A DNA stretch of 64,000 nt from Planctomycetota bacterium (GCA_963581585.1 CAUZPL010000010.1:16607-80606), one strand, 5' to 3'; positions 42,126-52,146 are shown, numbered from the stretch's first letter. Made by a program: numbers and translations. The notes: a model not told the origin generated them from the letters alone.

Positions 42126-43067
42126 ATGGGCCTGTTTGACCGGCTGAAGACAGGGCTGAAGAAAACCAAAGACATCCTGCGCACTGACGTCCGTGATCTG
42201 TTTCGCGCTGGGGAGATTCTGGATGATCGTCTGCTGGAAGACTTTGAAGGTCGTCTGATTCGGACAGATATGGGCGTAAAGGCGGCCGATCGTATCGTTT
42301 CACGACTGCGGGAAGATCATGGTGGTCGAATCGTCGATGTAGATGCCATTTGGGCGACCGTCCGCAGAGAACTCGTCGACCTGCTCAGAGGAGATGGCAC
42401 AGCACACTGGGCCCCGGAGGATCCGCTTTCGCCGCTTGCGAAATCTGCCTCCGGGCCGACGGTGATACTGGTGGCCGGAGTGAATGGCGTCGGAAAAACG
42501 ACCTCCATCGCCAAAATTGCTAACCTGCTCCAGAAGGGCGGAAATCGAGTGGTTTTGGCGGCAGCTGATACTTTTCGAGCGGCGGCCGTCGAACAACTGA
42601 ATTTGTGGAGCGAACGGCTGGGTTGCGACATCGTCCGCAAAGAAAGCGGCGCTGATCCGGCGGCCGTGGCCTGGGAAGCGGCAAGTCAGGCAGTCAAAAC
42701 ACGAGCCGATTATCTCATCGTGGACACTGCCGGGCGCCTGCACAATCAAAAGAATCTCATGGACCAACTGGACAAAATCCGTCGCGTGATTCGAAAGGTG
42801 ATTCCGGAAGCACCGCATGAAAGCCTGTTAGTACTGGATGCAACGACCGGACAAAACGGCCTCAGTCAGGCTCGTAGTTTTTCAGAAGCGGTCGAATGCA
42901 GCGGACTGGTGCTGGCCAAACTCGACGGTACGGCGCGTGGTGGGGTTACGATAGCGATTCGTCAGGACATGGGCATCCCGGTCAAGTACATTGGTGTCGG
43001 TGAACAGATTGACGACCTAGAGCTGTTCGATCCCGACGGGTTTGTGGACGCTCTGTTTGAGACGTAG
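42126..43067 (+). CDS. ftsY: signal recognition particle receptor FtsY (short form, no acidic A domain)
   Basis: MGLFDRLKTGLKKTKDIL, GVNGVGKTTSIAKIA, DTAGRLHN and AKLDGTARGG. ATG 42126 was verified inside ORF 41976..43067. Confidence 0.9.
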   Translation: MGLFDRLKTGLKKTKDILRTDVRDLFRAGEILDDRLLEDFEGRLIRTDMGVKAADRIVSRLREDHGGRIVDVDAIWATVRRELVDLLRGDGTAHWAPEDPLSPLAKSASGPTVILVAGVNGVGKTTSIAKIANLLQKGGNRVVLAAADTFRAAAVEQLNLWSERLGCDIVRKESGADPAAVAWEAASQAVKTRADYLIVDTAGRLHNQKNLMDQLDKIRRVIRKVIPEAPHESLLVLDATTGQNGLSQARSFSEAVECSGLVLAKLDGTARGGVTIAIRQDMGIPVKYIGVGEQIDDLELFDPDGFVDALFET

Positions 43068-43068
43068 C

Positions 43069-45228
43069 TCAGTCAACCTGTTTCGACCAGAGCTTTGCGA
43101 TGTTCTGACGAATTTCGGAAGTATCTCCGGAAATCAATCGGTCGGAATTCTCGAACTCCGTTCCCATGACCGCGCCGTGGGAGACATTGTCGAAGGCCTT
43201 CTGAATTCGGGCTGGCAGGAAACGCGTGATTTGGGACATTGATCCGCGATCGCTGCGGCGCCGATGGTGGAAGTAACACCGTTCCGGCCGGCAGACAAAC
43301 AGATTGTTCTTCGCTCGTGTCATTGCCACATAAAATAATCGCCGTTCCTCTTCGATCTCTTCCGGTGTATCAGTTGCCATGTCGGAGGGAATGCTGCCGT
43401 CGGCCGCGTGGATGACATACACAGAATCCCATTCCAGACCTTTAGCAGAATGGATGGTGCTGAGAATCAAATAATCTTCGTCCAGCCATGGATCCGCCGC
43501 AAGATCCTGGGTCGATGCCGGCGGATCCAGTGTCATTTCAGAAAGGAACTCTCCGCGTGTCCTGAATCGCGAAGCAATGACTTCCAGCTGCCTGATGTCA
43601 TTGATGCGAACTTTGACGTTATCGTATCGTGATTCCACCAGAGGACTGTAGAACATGCGAATCTCATGCAAATCGGTGGCGGGACCCGCATCGGACACCT
43701 GAGAACGCTTCGCCATTCGCAGCAGCATCTGAATAAGTTTGGGCCAGTCATCCAGCAGCACAGCAGGTGGCTTCCACGATAACCAGACATCAAACCGGCC
43801 GCCGGCTGCGTTCAACCTGTTAATAAGGGCGCTGGCTCTGGACCGGCCAATTCCAGGCAACAGGATCAGTACTCGAAATCCGGCGACCGCATCAAAAGGA
43901 TTTTCCGCCAGCCGCAGAAAGGCCATGACGTCCTTGACGTGAGCTGTCTCCAGAAATCTCAGGCCGCCGTATTTTTGGAAAGGGATGTTGCGGCGGCTGA
44001 GTTCGGCTTCCAGCGACATGCTGTGATAAGAAGTTCGAAACAACACAGCCTGGTTCCTGAGGCTCGTACCTTTTTCCCGCTGTTCGAATATGCGTTCGAT
44101 GACATAATCGTTCTGGGCGTCTTCGTCGGCACACGTTACCAGAACCGGAACGGCACCAGCACCACGGGCGGACCAAAGTTCCTTGCAATGGCGTTCGTCG
44201 GCTTCTGCAATTACCTGATTGGTGGCGGCCAGGATCCGCTGAGTGCTGCGGTAGTTCTGTTCCAGTGGCACAACTGCGGTGCCAGGAAATTCATTCGGAA
44301 AATCCAGGATGTTTCGAACTGTCGCGGCGCGGAACGAGTAAATAGACTGAGCGTCATCGCCAACAGCAGTAACACCCTGACCGTGGAGTGCCATATTCTT
44401 CAGAATGCTGGCCTGCAGAATGTTGGTATCCTGGTATTCATCAACAAGAATGCGGTCGAACTGTCCTTGCAGCAGCTCGCGTCCATCGTTCGATATGACC
44501 AGCGCGTTCCAGAACAACAACAGATCGTCGAAATCCAGAACGCGCTGCTGTTCTTTGCGCTCAGCATAATCCGTAAACAGCCGGCCCAGCAGCTGCTCAT
44601 GTTCCTGACACCAAGGAAAAATTTTCCTGAGGATCCCGTCCAGTTTCTGTTGAGTGTTTACACAACGGCTGTAGATGTCGTGGCAGGTCCCTTTGAGCGG
44701 AAACCGGCTGCCCTTCGGCGGCAGGTCAAGGTCGGAACGTGCAAGATTCATGAGGTCTTCTGAATCGCCACGATCGAGAATCGTGAAAGCCGGATGCAGG
44801 CCCATGACATGACCAAAGCGACGCAGAAGCTGAGTCGCCACAGCATGAAATGTCCCACCTCGAATCTGACGGATAAAACTGCGTTCGGCGACCTTTGTAT
44901 TAAGCAGCTGATCGGCATCCAGCTGCAACAGAATGCTCTCAACTCGTTTGAGCAATTCTCTGGCGGCGCGGCGAGTGAAAGTCAGCAGCAGGATCCGCGC
45001 TGGGTTAATCCCCGACATGATCTGCCAGGCGACGCGATGAGCCAAAGTTGTGGTTTTGCCAGTACCCGCACCTGCGATGATGAGTAATGGGGTTTCCCCG
45101 TGAATGACTGCCTGATACTGCTGAGAGTTCAGGTGTTGCAGGAATTCCGGGATTCTCGCGTTTGTCTGCTCTATCACCCGTGGTACGCCCTCTAAGATGG
45201 TACGGTTGCGATGCCAGCATTCTGTCAT
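43069..45228 (-). CDS. UvrD/Rep/PcrA family ATP-dependent DNA helicase
   Basis: SF1 motifs AGAGTGKTTTL, ILVDEYQDTN, VGDDAQSIYSFRAA and TIHSAKGLEWDSVYV. The ATG at 45228 is preferred over TTG 45279. Confidence 0.85.
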   Translation of the reverse strand: MTECWHRNRTILEGVPRVIEQTNARIPEFLQHLNSQQYQAVIHGETPLLIIAGAGTGKTTTLAHRVAWQIMSGINPARILLLTFTRRAARELLKRVESILLQLDADQLLNTKVAERSFIRQIRGGTFHAVATQLLRRFGHVMGLHPAFTILDRGDSEDLMNLARSDLDLPPKGSRFPLKGTCHDIYSRCVNTQQKLDGILRKIFPWCQEHEQLLGRLFTDYAERKEQQRVLDFDDLLLFWNALVISNDGRELLQGQFDRILVDEYQDTNILQASILKNMALHGQGVTAVGDDAQSIYSFRAATVRNILDFPNEFPGTAVVPLEQNYRSTQRILAATNQVIAEADERHCKELWSARGAGAVPVLVTCADEDAQNDYVIERIFEQREKGTSLRNQAVLFRTSYHSMSLEAELSRRNIPFQKYGGLRFLETAHVKDVMAFLRLAENPFDAVAGFRVLILLPGIGRSRASALINRLNAAGGRFDVWLSWKPPAVLLDDWPKLIQMLLRMAKRSQVSDAGPATDLHEIRMFYSPLVESRYDNVKVRINDIRQLEVIASRFRTRGEFLSEMTLDPPASTQDLAADPWLDEDYLILSTIHSAKGLEWDSVYVIHAADGSIPSDMATDTPEEIEEERRLFYVAMTRAKNNLFVCRPERCYFHHRRRSDRGSMSQITRFLPARIQKAFDNVSHGAVMGTEFENSDRLISGDTSEIRQNIAKLWSKQVD

Positions 45229-45505
45229 GTCAGACCACCCTGATCCAACGATCAGCTCCCGCAAGCGTACCCGTCTCAAAACATCGGTGGCATCTGTTAG
45301 AATGCCTAGTGTCAGGGTTCTGTAACCTGTTTTTCACAAACGATTTGTGCCACCTTTGGCGAGGAGCACATCTCGCGAGAATTCGCCCCAACGCGAAAGC
45401 GTTCTGCATCGTAGGCATGTTGCCCTGCAGTAGAGGTTGTGTTTGACACCACGCTCTCCGCAGGAGCTTTGAAGGCCGACACGATCCCGTTTCCCTGAAT
45501 CTGAA

Positions 45506-46483
45506 ATGAACAATTTTCTACTTCTGGCACAGTCATCGGCGGCAGGTGAGGCGAACTGGGTTCCGGCTTGGCTTGTGACGCTGGCACTGTTTTTTGCACT
45601 CATAGGCTTCGCCTATTGGACACGTGCCGGAATTATTGCTCGCGCCACAACGAAGGAAGCGGTGCGACAACCGCTGTTTTTTCTGCTGTTAATCGTTTCC
45701 GGGTTCATTCTGCTGATGAACACGTTCATCCCTTTCTTCACACTCGAGGCTGACGTGAAGATGTTGAAAGAGTGTGGACTGGCGACACTGCTGATTTCAG
45801 GCATTTTGCTGGCGGTCTGGACGGCGGGAACATCAATTACGAATGAGATTGAAGGCAAGACGGCAATGACCCTGCTGTCCAAGCCCATTAACCGTCGGCA
45901 GTTTATCCTCGGTAAGTACATGGGGATTCTACAGGGCACTTTGTGGCTGTTGGTTCCGCTGACAGTGCTGTTTGGGATGTTGATCTTCTACAAGGTTGGG
46001 CACGACCAGCGCGAGCTGTCTGAATCGATTTCGCCTTGGTGGGAATACACACAGTTCGCCGGAATGAACATTCCATTGCCCCATCCGGAGCGAATGTCGG
46101 TCGTTAATCAAGTAATTCCCGGTGTTATTTTAGTGTTCCTTGAAGTTGCGGTTCTGGGTGCCGTCAGCGTGGCGGTCGCCACCCGTCTGCCGATGGTCGT
46201 GAATCTGGTCGTCTGTCTCACCATCTTTGTCGTCGGCAATCTGACACCCATGATGGTTTCCCAAAGTGAGCGCGTGATTCAAAACGAAGCCGTAACGTTC
46301 ATCGCACGTCTGATCGCGACCGCAGTCCCGTCGCTGGATGCGTTCAATGTTTCGGCGGCGATCGCAACGGAGACACAGGTACTGCCATCCTATCCGGGAA
46401 ATGCTCTGCTTTACTGTGCCGCCTACGTGACTGCGACGATCCTGTTCGCCTTCATTTTGTTTGAAGACAGAGACCTGGCATAG
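45506..46483 (+). CDS. ABC-2 type transporter permease-like membrane protein
   Basis: 325-aa polytopic protein with the ABC-2 permease signature region ITNEIEGKTAMTLLSKPINRRQFILGKY. Confidence 0.7.
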   Translation: MNNFLLLAQSSAAGEANWVPAWLVTLALFFALIGFAYWTRAGIIARATTKEAVRQPLFFLLLIVSGFILLMNTFIPFFTLEADVKMLKECGLATLLISGILLAVWTAGTSITNEIEGKTAMTLLSKPINRRQFILGKYMGILQGTLWLLVPLTVLFGMLIFYKVGHDQRELSESISPWWEYTQFAGMNIPLPHPERMSVVNQVIPGVILVFLEVAVLGAVSVAVATRLPMVVNLVVCLTIFVVGNLTPMMVSQSERVIQNEAVTFIARLIATAVPSLDAFNVSAAIATETQVLPSYPGNALLYCAAYVTATILFAFILFEDRDLA

Positions 46484-46716
46484 AACGCCTGTTACTCTGC
46501 TGCCTCCAAACCGGGACGACTCGTACGGTTTCCCGCCCCCGTTACTCGAACAGGCAGTTAAAAGAAGGCCACGACACGTATCGGGGGCCAGGACGCCCCT
46601 CCGACAGTTGGTTCGGGGGTCAATGCAATTTGCAAGATGTTTGACAGACCGACAGAATTGGACTCGCTGACCTCCGCAACTGTTGTTCTAACTCCTTCGC
46701 ATCGGTACGTTGTGAG

Positions 46717-48603
46717 TTGGGCCGTATCCCGACTGTTGTCGTGTGCAAAAAGGCGTACTCCGTGTCTGAAGCAAATCTGTTCAGTCGGATTGTTTCCACT
46801 CGCCAGTTGTTCGGTCCGACCCTGCTCTTAGCCAGCATCTGCGCCGTTGCCGCCTCAGTCTGCTTGGCGGGTCTGATTCTGTGCGTCGGTGGGATTGCAG
46901 GTCTGATTCAGGGCCAGTTAGCCGACGGAGGACAGACCGGCCTTCAGTCCATGTTACAGGACAGTGGATTTCCAGATCGGTTGATGCGGCAGATTGTCGA
47001 TCGGGTTCCCTGGCTCCACGAAAGTCACACCGCACTGCCGATTCTGATGCTGGCTGGATTGGCGCTGATGGCACTCCGATGGCTGCTGCAGGCAACTGTC
47101 GGCAGCCAGGCACTGGCCTATGCAGCGAAACAAGTTCGGCAGCTCAGGCAGCATCTTCACCGTCAGTCACTCCGGCTCAACGCCGGGGATCTCAGCGGTG
47201 CTCGAGTCGAGTCGTCCCGAAGACTGTTCCGTGAGTCCGCCGATCGAGTCGAGTCGTCTGTACACCATTGGGCTAAACTAACGATTGACGCGACCTCCGA
47301 TGTGGTGGTCCTGTCGGCCATCTGTTGTCTGATAGATTTTTATGCCGGCATGGAATGCATGATTCCGGTCGTAGCGGGCTGGTTTCTGATGATTATGGAG
47401 AAGAAGCGACTTGCCAACACCTCAGATCTGCTGACTGAGCAGGTGGACCGAAGTCTGAATCGCCTCGCGGATGGTCTGGAAAAATCACGAATCGTTACGG
47501 GCTATGGCATGGAGGCATTCGAACACGAAAAATTTGAAGCTAATCTGAATTTGTTTGGTCAGCGCCGCCGGAAAGTCAGTCGAGAATTGCATCGTGGAAT
47601 CTGGGTCGCTCGCTGCATCTCCGTGTTTGCTGTCGGCGCCCCTGCCTGGATTTTGTTGCGGCACTTGTTAGCCAATGGCCAGATGGGCTTGCCGGGCGTC
47701 TCGATGATTTCGCTGAGTCTGAGAGTATTATACCAGACTTTGCATGCATTCCAGCAGGCTCAGGAATATGAACTGCAGGGGAGCGTAGCGGCCGAAGAAA
47801 TTAATGAGTACATCCGGGCAGTGCCCGAAGTCAGTCAGGTTGTGAGAGCACGTTTCATGGAACCAATGTCGCGCTCTCTCCAGTTTGATCAGATTTGTGT
47901 GGACACCTCTGATCATCCAGGCCTTTTGAGTCAGCTGGATCTGAAGATCGAAGCGGGTCAGCGCGTTGCTTTGATTTCGCTGCGGGACGAAGAGACGGAT
48001 GCACTGGTCAGTTTGGTTCCTCGGCTGAACGATCCGCAAAGTGGCCAGGTGCTGATTGACGGCACAAACATCAAACGTGCCACACTTGAATCACTGCGAG
48101 CCGAAGTGATGGTCGTATCGAGGACCAGTAATCTGTTCAACGCAACGGTTATGGAAAACATCACATGCGGACAGGCAGATATTTCCCGGCAGCAGGCCAT
48201 GGAAGCCGGCAAGATTGCTCATACGGAGAAGTTTACGCGGCAGTTGCCAAAGGGATATGAAACACAGATCGGCGACTATGGTGTCGCTCTGAATGTCGGC
48301 CAGGCTTTTCGTCTGGCACTCGCGCGGGCCGTTGTTCGGAAGCCAGCACTGCTGTTCATTGAAGAACCTCGCGTTTCACTGGACACAGAAACCAAGACGT
48401 TGCTGGATGACACCTACGATCGCATCTGTGAGAGCCGAACAGTGGTCTTTCTGCCGCACCGGCTGTCGACGGTCAAAAAGTGCGGTCGAGTGATCCTGCT
48501 GGATGAGGGTCGAGTGGTCGCAGATGGCACACACGACGATCTCATGCACAGTTCGGAGCTGTATCGCCACTGGGAATACATCCGGTTCAATGTCTTCCGC
48601 TAA
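46717..48603 (+). CDS. ABC exporter-type TMD-NBD fusion protein with degenerate nucleotide-binding motifs
   Basis: A six-helix exporter-like N-terminal half is followed by an MsbA-like NBD scaffold (LIDGTNIK, LPKGYETQIG, PHRLSTV, ILLDEGRVVADGTHDDL). The catalytic motifs are not canonical; see the finding at 47935-48603. The start may be GTG 46741 or 46762. Confidence 0.75.
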   Translation: MGRIPTVVVCKKAYSVSEANLFSRIVSTRQLFGPTLLLASICAVAASVCLAGLILCVGGIAGLIQGQLADGGQTGLQSMLQDSGFPDRLMRQIVDRVPWLHESHTALPILMLAGLALMALRWLLQATVGSQALAYAAKQVRQLRQHLHRQSLRLNAGDLSGARVESSRRLFRESADRVESSVHHWAKLTIDATSDVVVLSAICCLIDFYAGMECMIPVVAGWFLMIMEKKRLANTSDLLTEQVDRSLNRLADGLEKSRIVTGYGMEAFEHEKFEANLNLFGQRRRKVSRELHRGIWVARCISVFAVGAPAWILLRHLLANGQMGLPGVSMISLSLRVLYQTLHAFQQAQEYELQGSVAAEEINEYIRAVPEVSQVVRARFMEPMSRSLQFDQICVDTSDHPGLLSQLDLKIEAGQRVALISLRDEETDALVSLVPRLNDPQSGQVLIDGTNIKRATLESLRAEVMVVSRTSNLFNATVMENITCGQADISRQQAMEAGKIAHTEKFTRQLPKGYETQIGDYGVALNVGQAFRLALARAVVRKPALLFIEEPRVSLDTETKTLLDDTYDRICESRTVVFLPHRLSTVKKCGRVILLDEGRVVADGTHDDLMHSSELYRHWEYIRFNVFR

Positions 48604-48668
48604 AGAAAATGATCTGGCATTTGTGATGCCCACGGGCAACAGTTTCGTGTGTCAGGAAGGAACGCGGT

Positions 48669-49466
48669 GTGGAACTCAGTGAATTCGCCCGGCGTGTGTT
48701 GCATGACGAGCAGCTGCACAAGAAACTGCTCCGTTCAGAAGAAGCACTCACTGACAATACACAACATGCGGCGGAACGAATTGACCGGCCGGCTCGCCCG
48801 CGCGGCCTGAAGTTCGCCGCACGGCGCACGGCACCTGCAATGCCCAAAGGAACCGCCTTGCAGGATCCGGCAAAGCGTGCGATCGCTCATCACATCATGG
48901 CGAACCACGAATTGCAGGCGCTGGAAATCATGGCGATGGTGATTCTGGCGTTCCCGGAAGCTCCGAGCGAATTCCGTCGGGGTCTTGGTAGAATTATGCA
49001 GGACGAACAGCGGCATACACGAATGCATGTTCAGCGAGCTGATGAACTGGGAATGACGTTTGGCGATCTGCCGGTCAATGGCTATATCTGGACGAAGGCC
49101 ATGGAATACTCCACGCTGCTCGAATATATCTGCGGGCTGCCGCTGGTGTTCGAAGGAGGCAACTTGGACCATACCGCTGAATTCGAGCAGTATTTTGTCG
49201 ATGCGGGTGATCATCGAAGTGCCGCTGTCATGCGGGCGATTCATCGCGACGAAATTCGTCACGTAGAATTCGGGATGGACTGGCTGCGACGGCTCAAGCC
49301 ATCCGGCATGGATGATTTCACGACATGGGAGCAGAACCTGCAGTGGCCCGTCCGACCGTCGACAGCACGCGGCTCAATGTTTCTTGAAGAACCTCGCAGA
49401 GAAGCCGGAATGACGGATGATTTTATCGATCGACTGAGGGAGTGGTCAGAGGGAGAGAACAGCTGA
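48669..49466 (+). CDS. DUF455 ferritin-like di-iron family protein
   Basis: HHIMANHELQALEIMA and MQDEQRHTRMH helices with E/H metal-ligand spacing typical of the DUF455 (MiaE-related ferritin-like) family. Confidence 0.7.
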   Translation: MELSEFARRVLHDEQLHKKLLRSEEALTDNTQHAAERIDRPARPRGLKFAARRTAPAMPKGTALQDPAKRAIAHHIMANHELQALEIMAMVILAFPEAPSEFRRGLGRIMQDEQRHTRMHVQRADELGMTFGDLPVNGYIWTKAMEYSTLLEYICGLPLVFEGGNLDHTAEFEQYFVDAGDHRSAAVMRAIHRDEIRHVEFGMDWLRRLKPSGMDDFTTWEQNLQWPVRPSTARGSMFLEEPRREAGMTDDFIDRLREWSEGENS

Positions 49467-49631
49467 TCAGTGGTCGTCGTTTTGGAGCCTTACTGCTCAC
49501 TTCAATCCGAATAACCTGAATTCTGCCAGGAATCCCCCTGTTCAAGTGTCAGACTCGACGATAGTGAGTGATACGAGGAAAAGACTCGTCCAAAGCCCTG
49601 GTTCGAACACCGTTTGTTGAACGGTTTTAAG

Positions 49632-49680
49632 TCGCCGTCGTCGTTCACCCCCTCTGAACGGTGACGGCGATTCTTATTGC
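49632..49680 (+). terminator. strong stem-loop followed by a T-rich tract (terminator or attenuator upstream of the xer gene)
   Basis: TCGCCGTC-GT-CGTTCA [CCCCCTC] TGAACG-GT-GACGGCGA gives 14 Watson-Crick pairs plus 2 G.U pairs around a 7-nt loop (49632-49670), followed by TTCTTATT. Confidence 0.4.
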
Positions 49681-49738
49681 GCTACTGATTCAGTGCATTC
49701 TTCTGACGCGCGAACCACAATCCTGCGAGTTCCGTCTC

Positions 49739-50695
49739 ATGGCCCGTCGAAAAAAACTCTCGGCGCAAAGCCGGTTTTCACAAAGAGAATTTCAGAATCC
49801 ATCCGTCTGGCTGTCCGGGTTCATCACCTATTTGAGTGCCGAATGCGGTATGTCGCCGAACACGGTGATGGCGTACCGAAGTGACTTGAAAAAATTTCTG
49901 CACTGGAATGAACAAAACACTCGCCAGACGGTTCACGAGATCGATATTCCCTCGATGACTGCCTTTTTGGATCACTTGGCCCGACAGGGGCTGGCTGCCA
50001 GCACTATCGGGCGGAATCTAGCAGCGGTCCGGATGTTCTTTCGGTATCTCATGCTGGAGAGCGTAGTAGCCGAAAGTGTTGTGGATCTGATTTCGTCGCC
50101 GAAGCTTTGGCAACGACTGCCGAAAGTCCTCAGTCCTGAAATGGTCGAACAACTGCTCTGCGCGCCCCAAGGTTCAATTGATCGTTACGCTCGGAGAGAT
50201 CGAGCGATCCTGGCAGTGATGTATGCCACTGGCTGTCGCGTGTCAGAAGTGATCGACCTGAAGCTGTCGGATGTGAATCTGGAAGAATACTACGCACGTT
50301 GTACAGGCAAAGGGAACAAGCAGCGAATGGTCTCCCTGAATCCGATCGCAGTGCAGGCGATCAATCGCTATTTGAATCTGGAACGTCCGGCGATGGTCGG
50401 GAACGCGCAAGATGACGTTGATTCACTGTTTGTTTCACGCAGCGGCAGACGACTGCAGCGAGAAGCTGTATGGGAACTGACTCGTCGGTATGCGACACGC
50501 GCCGGATGCGGGGCTGACGTCAGCCCTCACTCCCTTCGTCACAGTTTTGCGACTCATCTGCTGGCTCGTGGGGCTGACATTCGTGCTTTGCAGGAAATGC
50601 TGGGACATGCCAGCATTCGGACAACTCAGGTATATACTCAGGTGGACCACACGCGGCTGAAAACAGTGCACAGCCGGTGTCATCCGCGTGGGTGA
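49739..50695 (+). CDS. tyrosine site-specific recombinase, XerC/XerD family
   Basis: ATGCRVSE (catalytic Arg region), HSLRHSFATHLL and LGHASIRTTQVYTQV (R-H-R-Y catalytic set). ATG 49739 was verified, and the hairpin at 49632-49670 argues against the longer ORF start. Confidence 0.85.
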   Translation: MARRKKLSAQSRFSQREFQNPSVWLSGFITYLSAECGMSPNTVMAYRSDLKKFLHWNEQNTRQTVHEIDIPSMTAFLDHLARQGLAASTIGRNLAAVRMFFRYLMLESVVAESVVDLISSPKLWQRLPKVLSPEMVEQLLCAPQGSIDRYARRDRAILAVMYATGCRVSEVIDLKLSDVNLEEYYARCTGKGNKQRMVSLNPIAVQAINRYLNLERPAMVGNAQDDVDSLFVSRSGRRLQREAVWELTRRYATRAGCGADVSPHSLRHSFATHLLARGADIRALQEMLGHASIRTTQVYTQVDHTRLKTVHSRCHPRG

Positions 50696-50704
50696 AGAAC
50701 ACGG

Positions 50705-51163
50705 TTACTCGTCATTTGGCTGCTGGCATGCTGCCACCAGCATAGCAATCCAGCCGACGAGTAACGCAGTTCCGCCGACGGGTGCTAAGCGACCCCACGG
50801 GATTCCACCGTATCGCGGTCCGCCGATCACCAGCAGGTACAGAACACCTGAAAAAAAAACGATTCCGATCGTCAGGGACCATGCCGCGAGACTGAGCACT
50901 TTCGAATCCCGCTGACTCTTCCATAGCCCAACCGCCATCAGCGCTAAGGCATGCCACATATGGTATCGCACGCTGGTCTGAAAATCCTGGTAATACTTAT
51001 ACGCTGCCGTCAGAGTCATGCCGGCAACTTGCTTTGGTTCCAACTCAACGTATCTGCGCTCCAGGTATCCGGTGTCTGACAGCACATGCGCACCGAAGGC
51101 TCCCAAGAGCACGGAAAGGAATCCAAACAGGGTCGCCAGAATGAGACAGGTGCGAGAGGACAT
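50705..51163 (-). CDS. DUF423 domain-containing membrane protein
   Basis: MSSRTCLILATLFGFLSVLLGAFGAH and four TM segments, the DUF423 (YgdD-like) pattern. ATG 51163 was verified. Confidence 0.8.
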   Translation of the reverse strand: MSSRTCLILATLFGFLSVLLGAFGAHVLSDTGYLERRYVELEPKQVAGMTLTAAYKYYQDFQTSVRYHMWHALALMAVGLWKSQRDSKVLSLAAWSLTIGIVFFSGVLYLLVIGGPRYGGIPWGRLAPVGGTALLVGWIAMLVAACQQPNDE

Positions 51164-51240
51164 GGGAAGTCCGGAAGGAGGGTTGTGAGACGGGCGCAAT
51201 CTGCACTTTCACCTTTCCCCATTCAGCTTGCAACTCACCA

Positions 51241-52128
51241 TCACCGTCCGACAAGCATCCCGAAGTATTCTTTAAGCACCTTTGAAGCCGTCCACATGGC
51301 TCCGTCCTGAGGAATACAACTCAGCACGACGGCACCTGTGGTGAGTCGTGTCCTGGGCCGCGTGATGAAATCGGCTGGCAATGGATCTGGCTGCAGGTTG
51401 TTTCGATGCGCCAGACGGAGAGCTCGCGGCAGATGCCATGCAGACGTGATAAGTCCGATTCGCTGGTTACTGTTTCCGATCGATTCGCTCAGTAAATGCA
51501 GTTCTTCTGCCGTGTTGCGCCCTTCCAGTAACTCAATCGATTCTGCCGGGACACCCAGCGACATTAAAACCGACTGTGCCTGCATGGCCGGGTCTGAGCC
51601 GCTAGGATCCAGTTCGACGATTCGATGACCTGTACAGATGATTTGTCTGGTGAGTCCGGCGTGAAACATTTGGGCAGTCAGCAGAATTCGATCTCCTGCA
51701 GTGTTCCCCTGGATTCTGCGATTTCCGCCAGTTGCTGTGCCTCCTCCCAGCAATACAATCGTGTCAAACCGACCGGCCTCAAGCGGTTGGATGTGCCGAT
51801 AAGGCTGTTCGAGACTTTGAGCAAGTCTTTCGGAGACCATACCATTACCCATCAGCGTGAGTGCGGTCCAGGGGATCGCGGTCACCAGTACCAGATCACG
51901 GCGACCAGCTCGCCGCGCAGCGAGGACGGCGACCAGGAGCAACAGCCAGACGAGTCCCGTCGGCATCACCAAACTGGTCACAACTTTTTCGGCAACGATG
52001 CGCCCCAGCGCCCACCACGTTCCGGCCACAAACATCAATGTTCCTACGGCAACACACAGCATGAGCTCGAGCAGCCGGACATCTGCTTTCGGCACCGGAA
52101 CAGTAGTTTGGGGAGGTGTTTGCAGCAC
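51241..52128 (-). CDS. YdcF/ElyC family (DUF218) protein
   Basis: N-terminal TM segments, then FDTIVLLGGGT...RILLTAQMFHAGL...IICTG, typical of DUF218. GTG start at 52128 (alternative ATG 52062). Confidence 0.75.
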   Translation of the reverse strand: MLQTPPQTTVPVPKADVRLLELMLCVAVGTLMFVAGTWWALGRIVAEKVVTSLVMPTGLVWLLLLVAVLAARRAGRRDLVLVTAIPWTALTLMGNGMVSERLAQSLEQPYRHIQPLEAGRFDTIVLLGGGTATGGNRRIQGNTAGDRILLTAQMFHAGLTRQIICTGHRIVELDPSGSDPAMQAQSVLMSLGVPAESIELLEGRNTAEELHLLSESIGNSNQRIGLITSAWHLPRALRLAHRNNLQPDPLPADFITRPRTRLTTGAVVLSCIPQDGAMWTASKVLKEYFGMLVGR

Positions 52129-52146
52129 TGGGGTGAAAAAGCAGGG

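Noticed and set aside
49739-50695. Tyrosine recombinase as a marker of an integrated mobile element.
   Set aside because: It has XerC/D-type motifs and size. The flanking genes are ordinary chromosomal genes, with no adjacent tRNA, direct repeats, phage or transposon genes.
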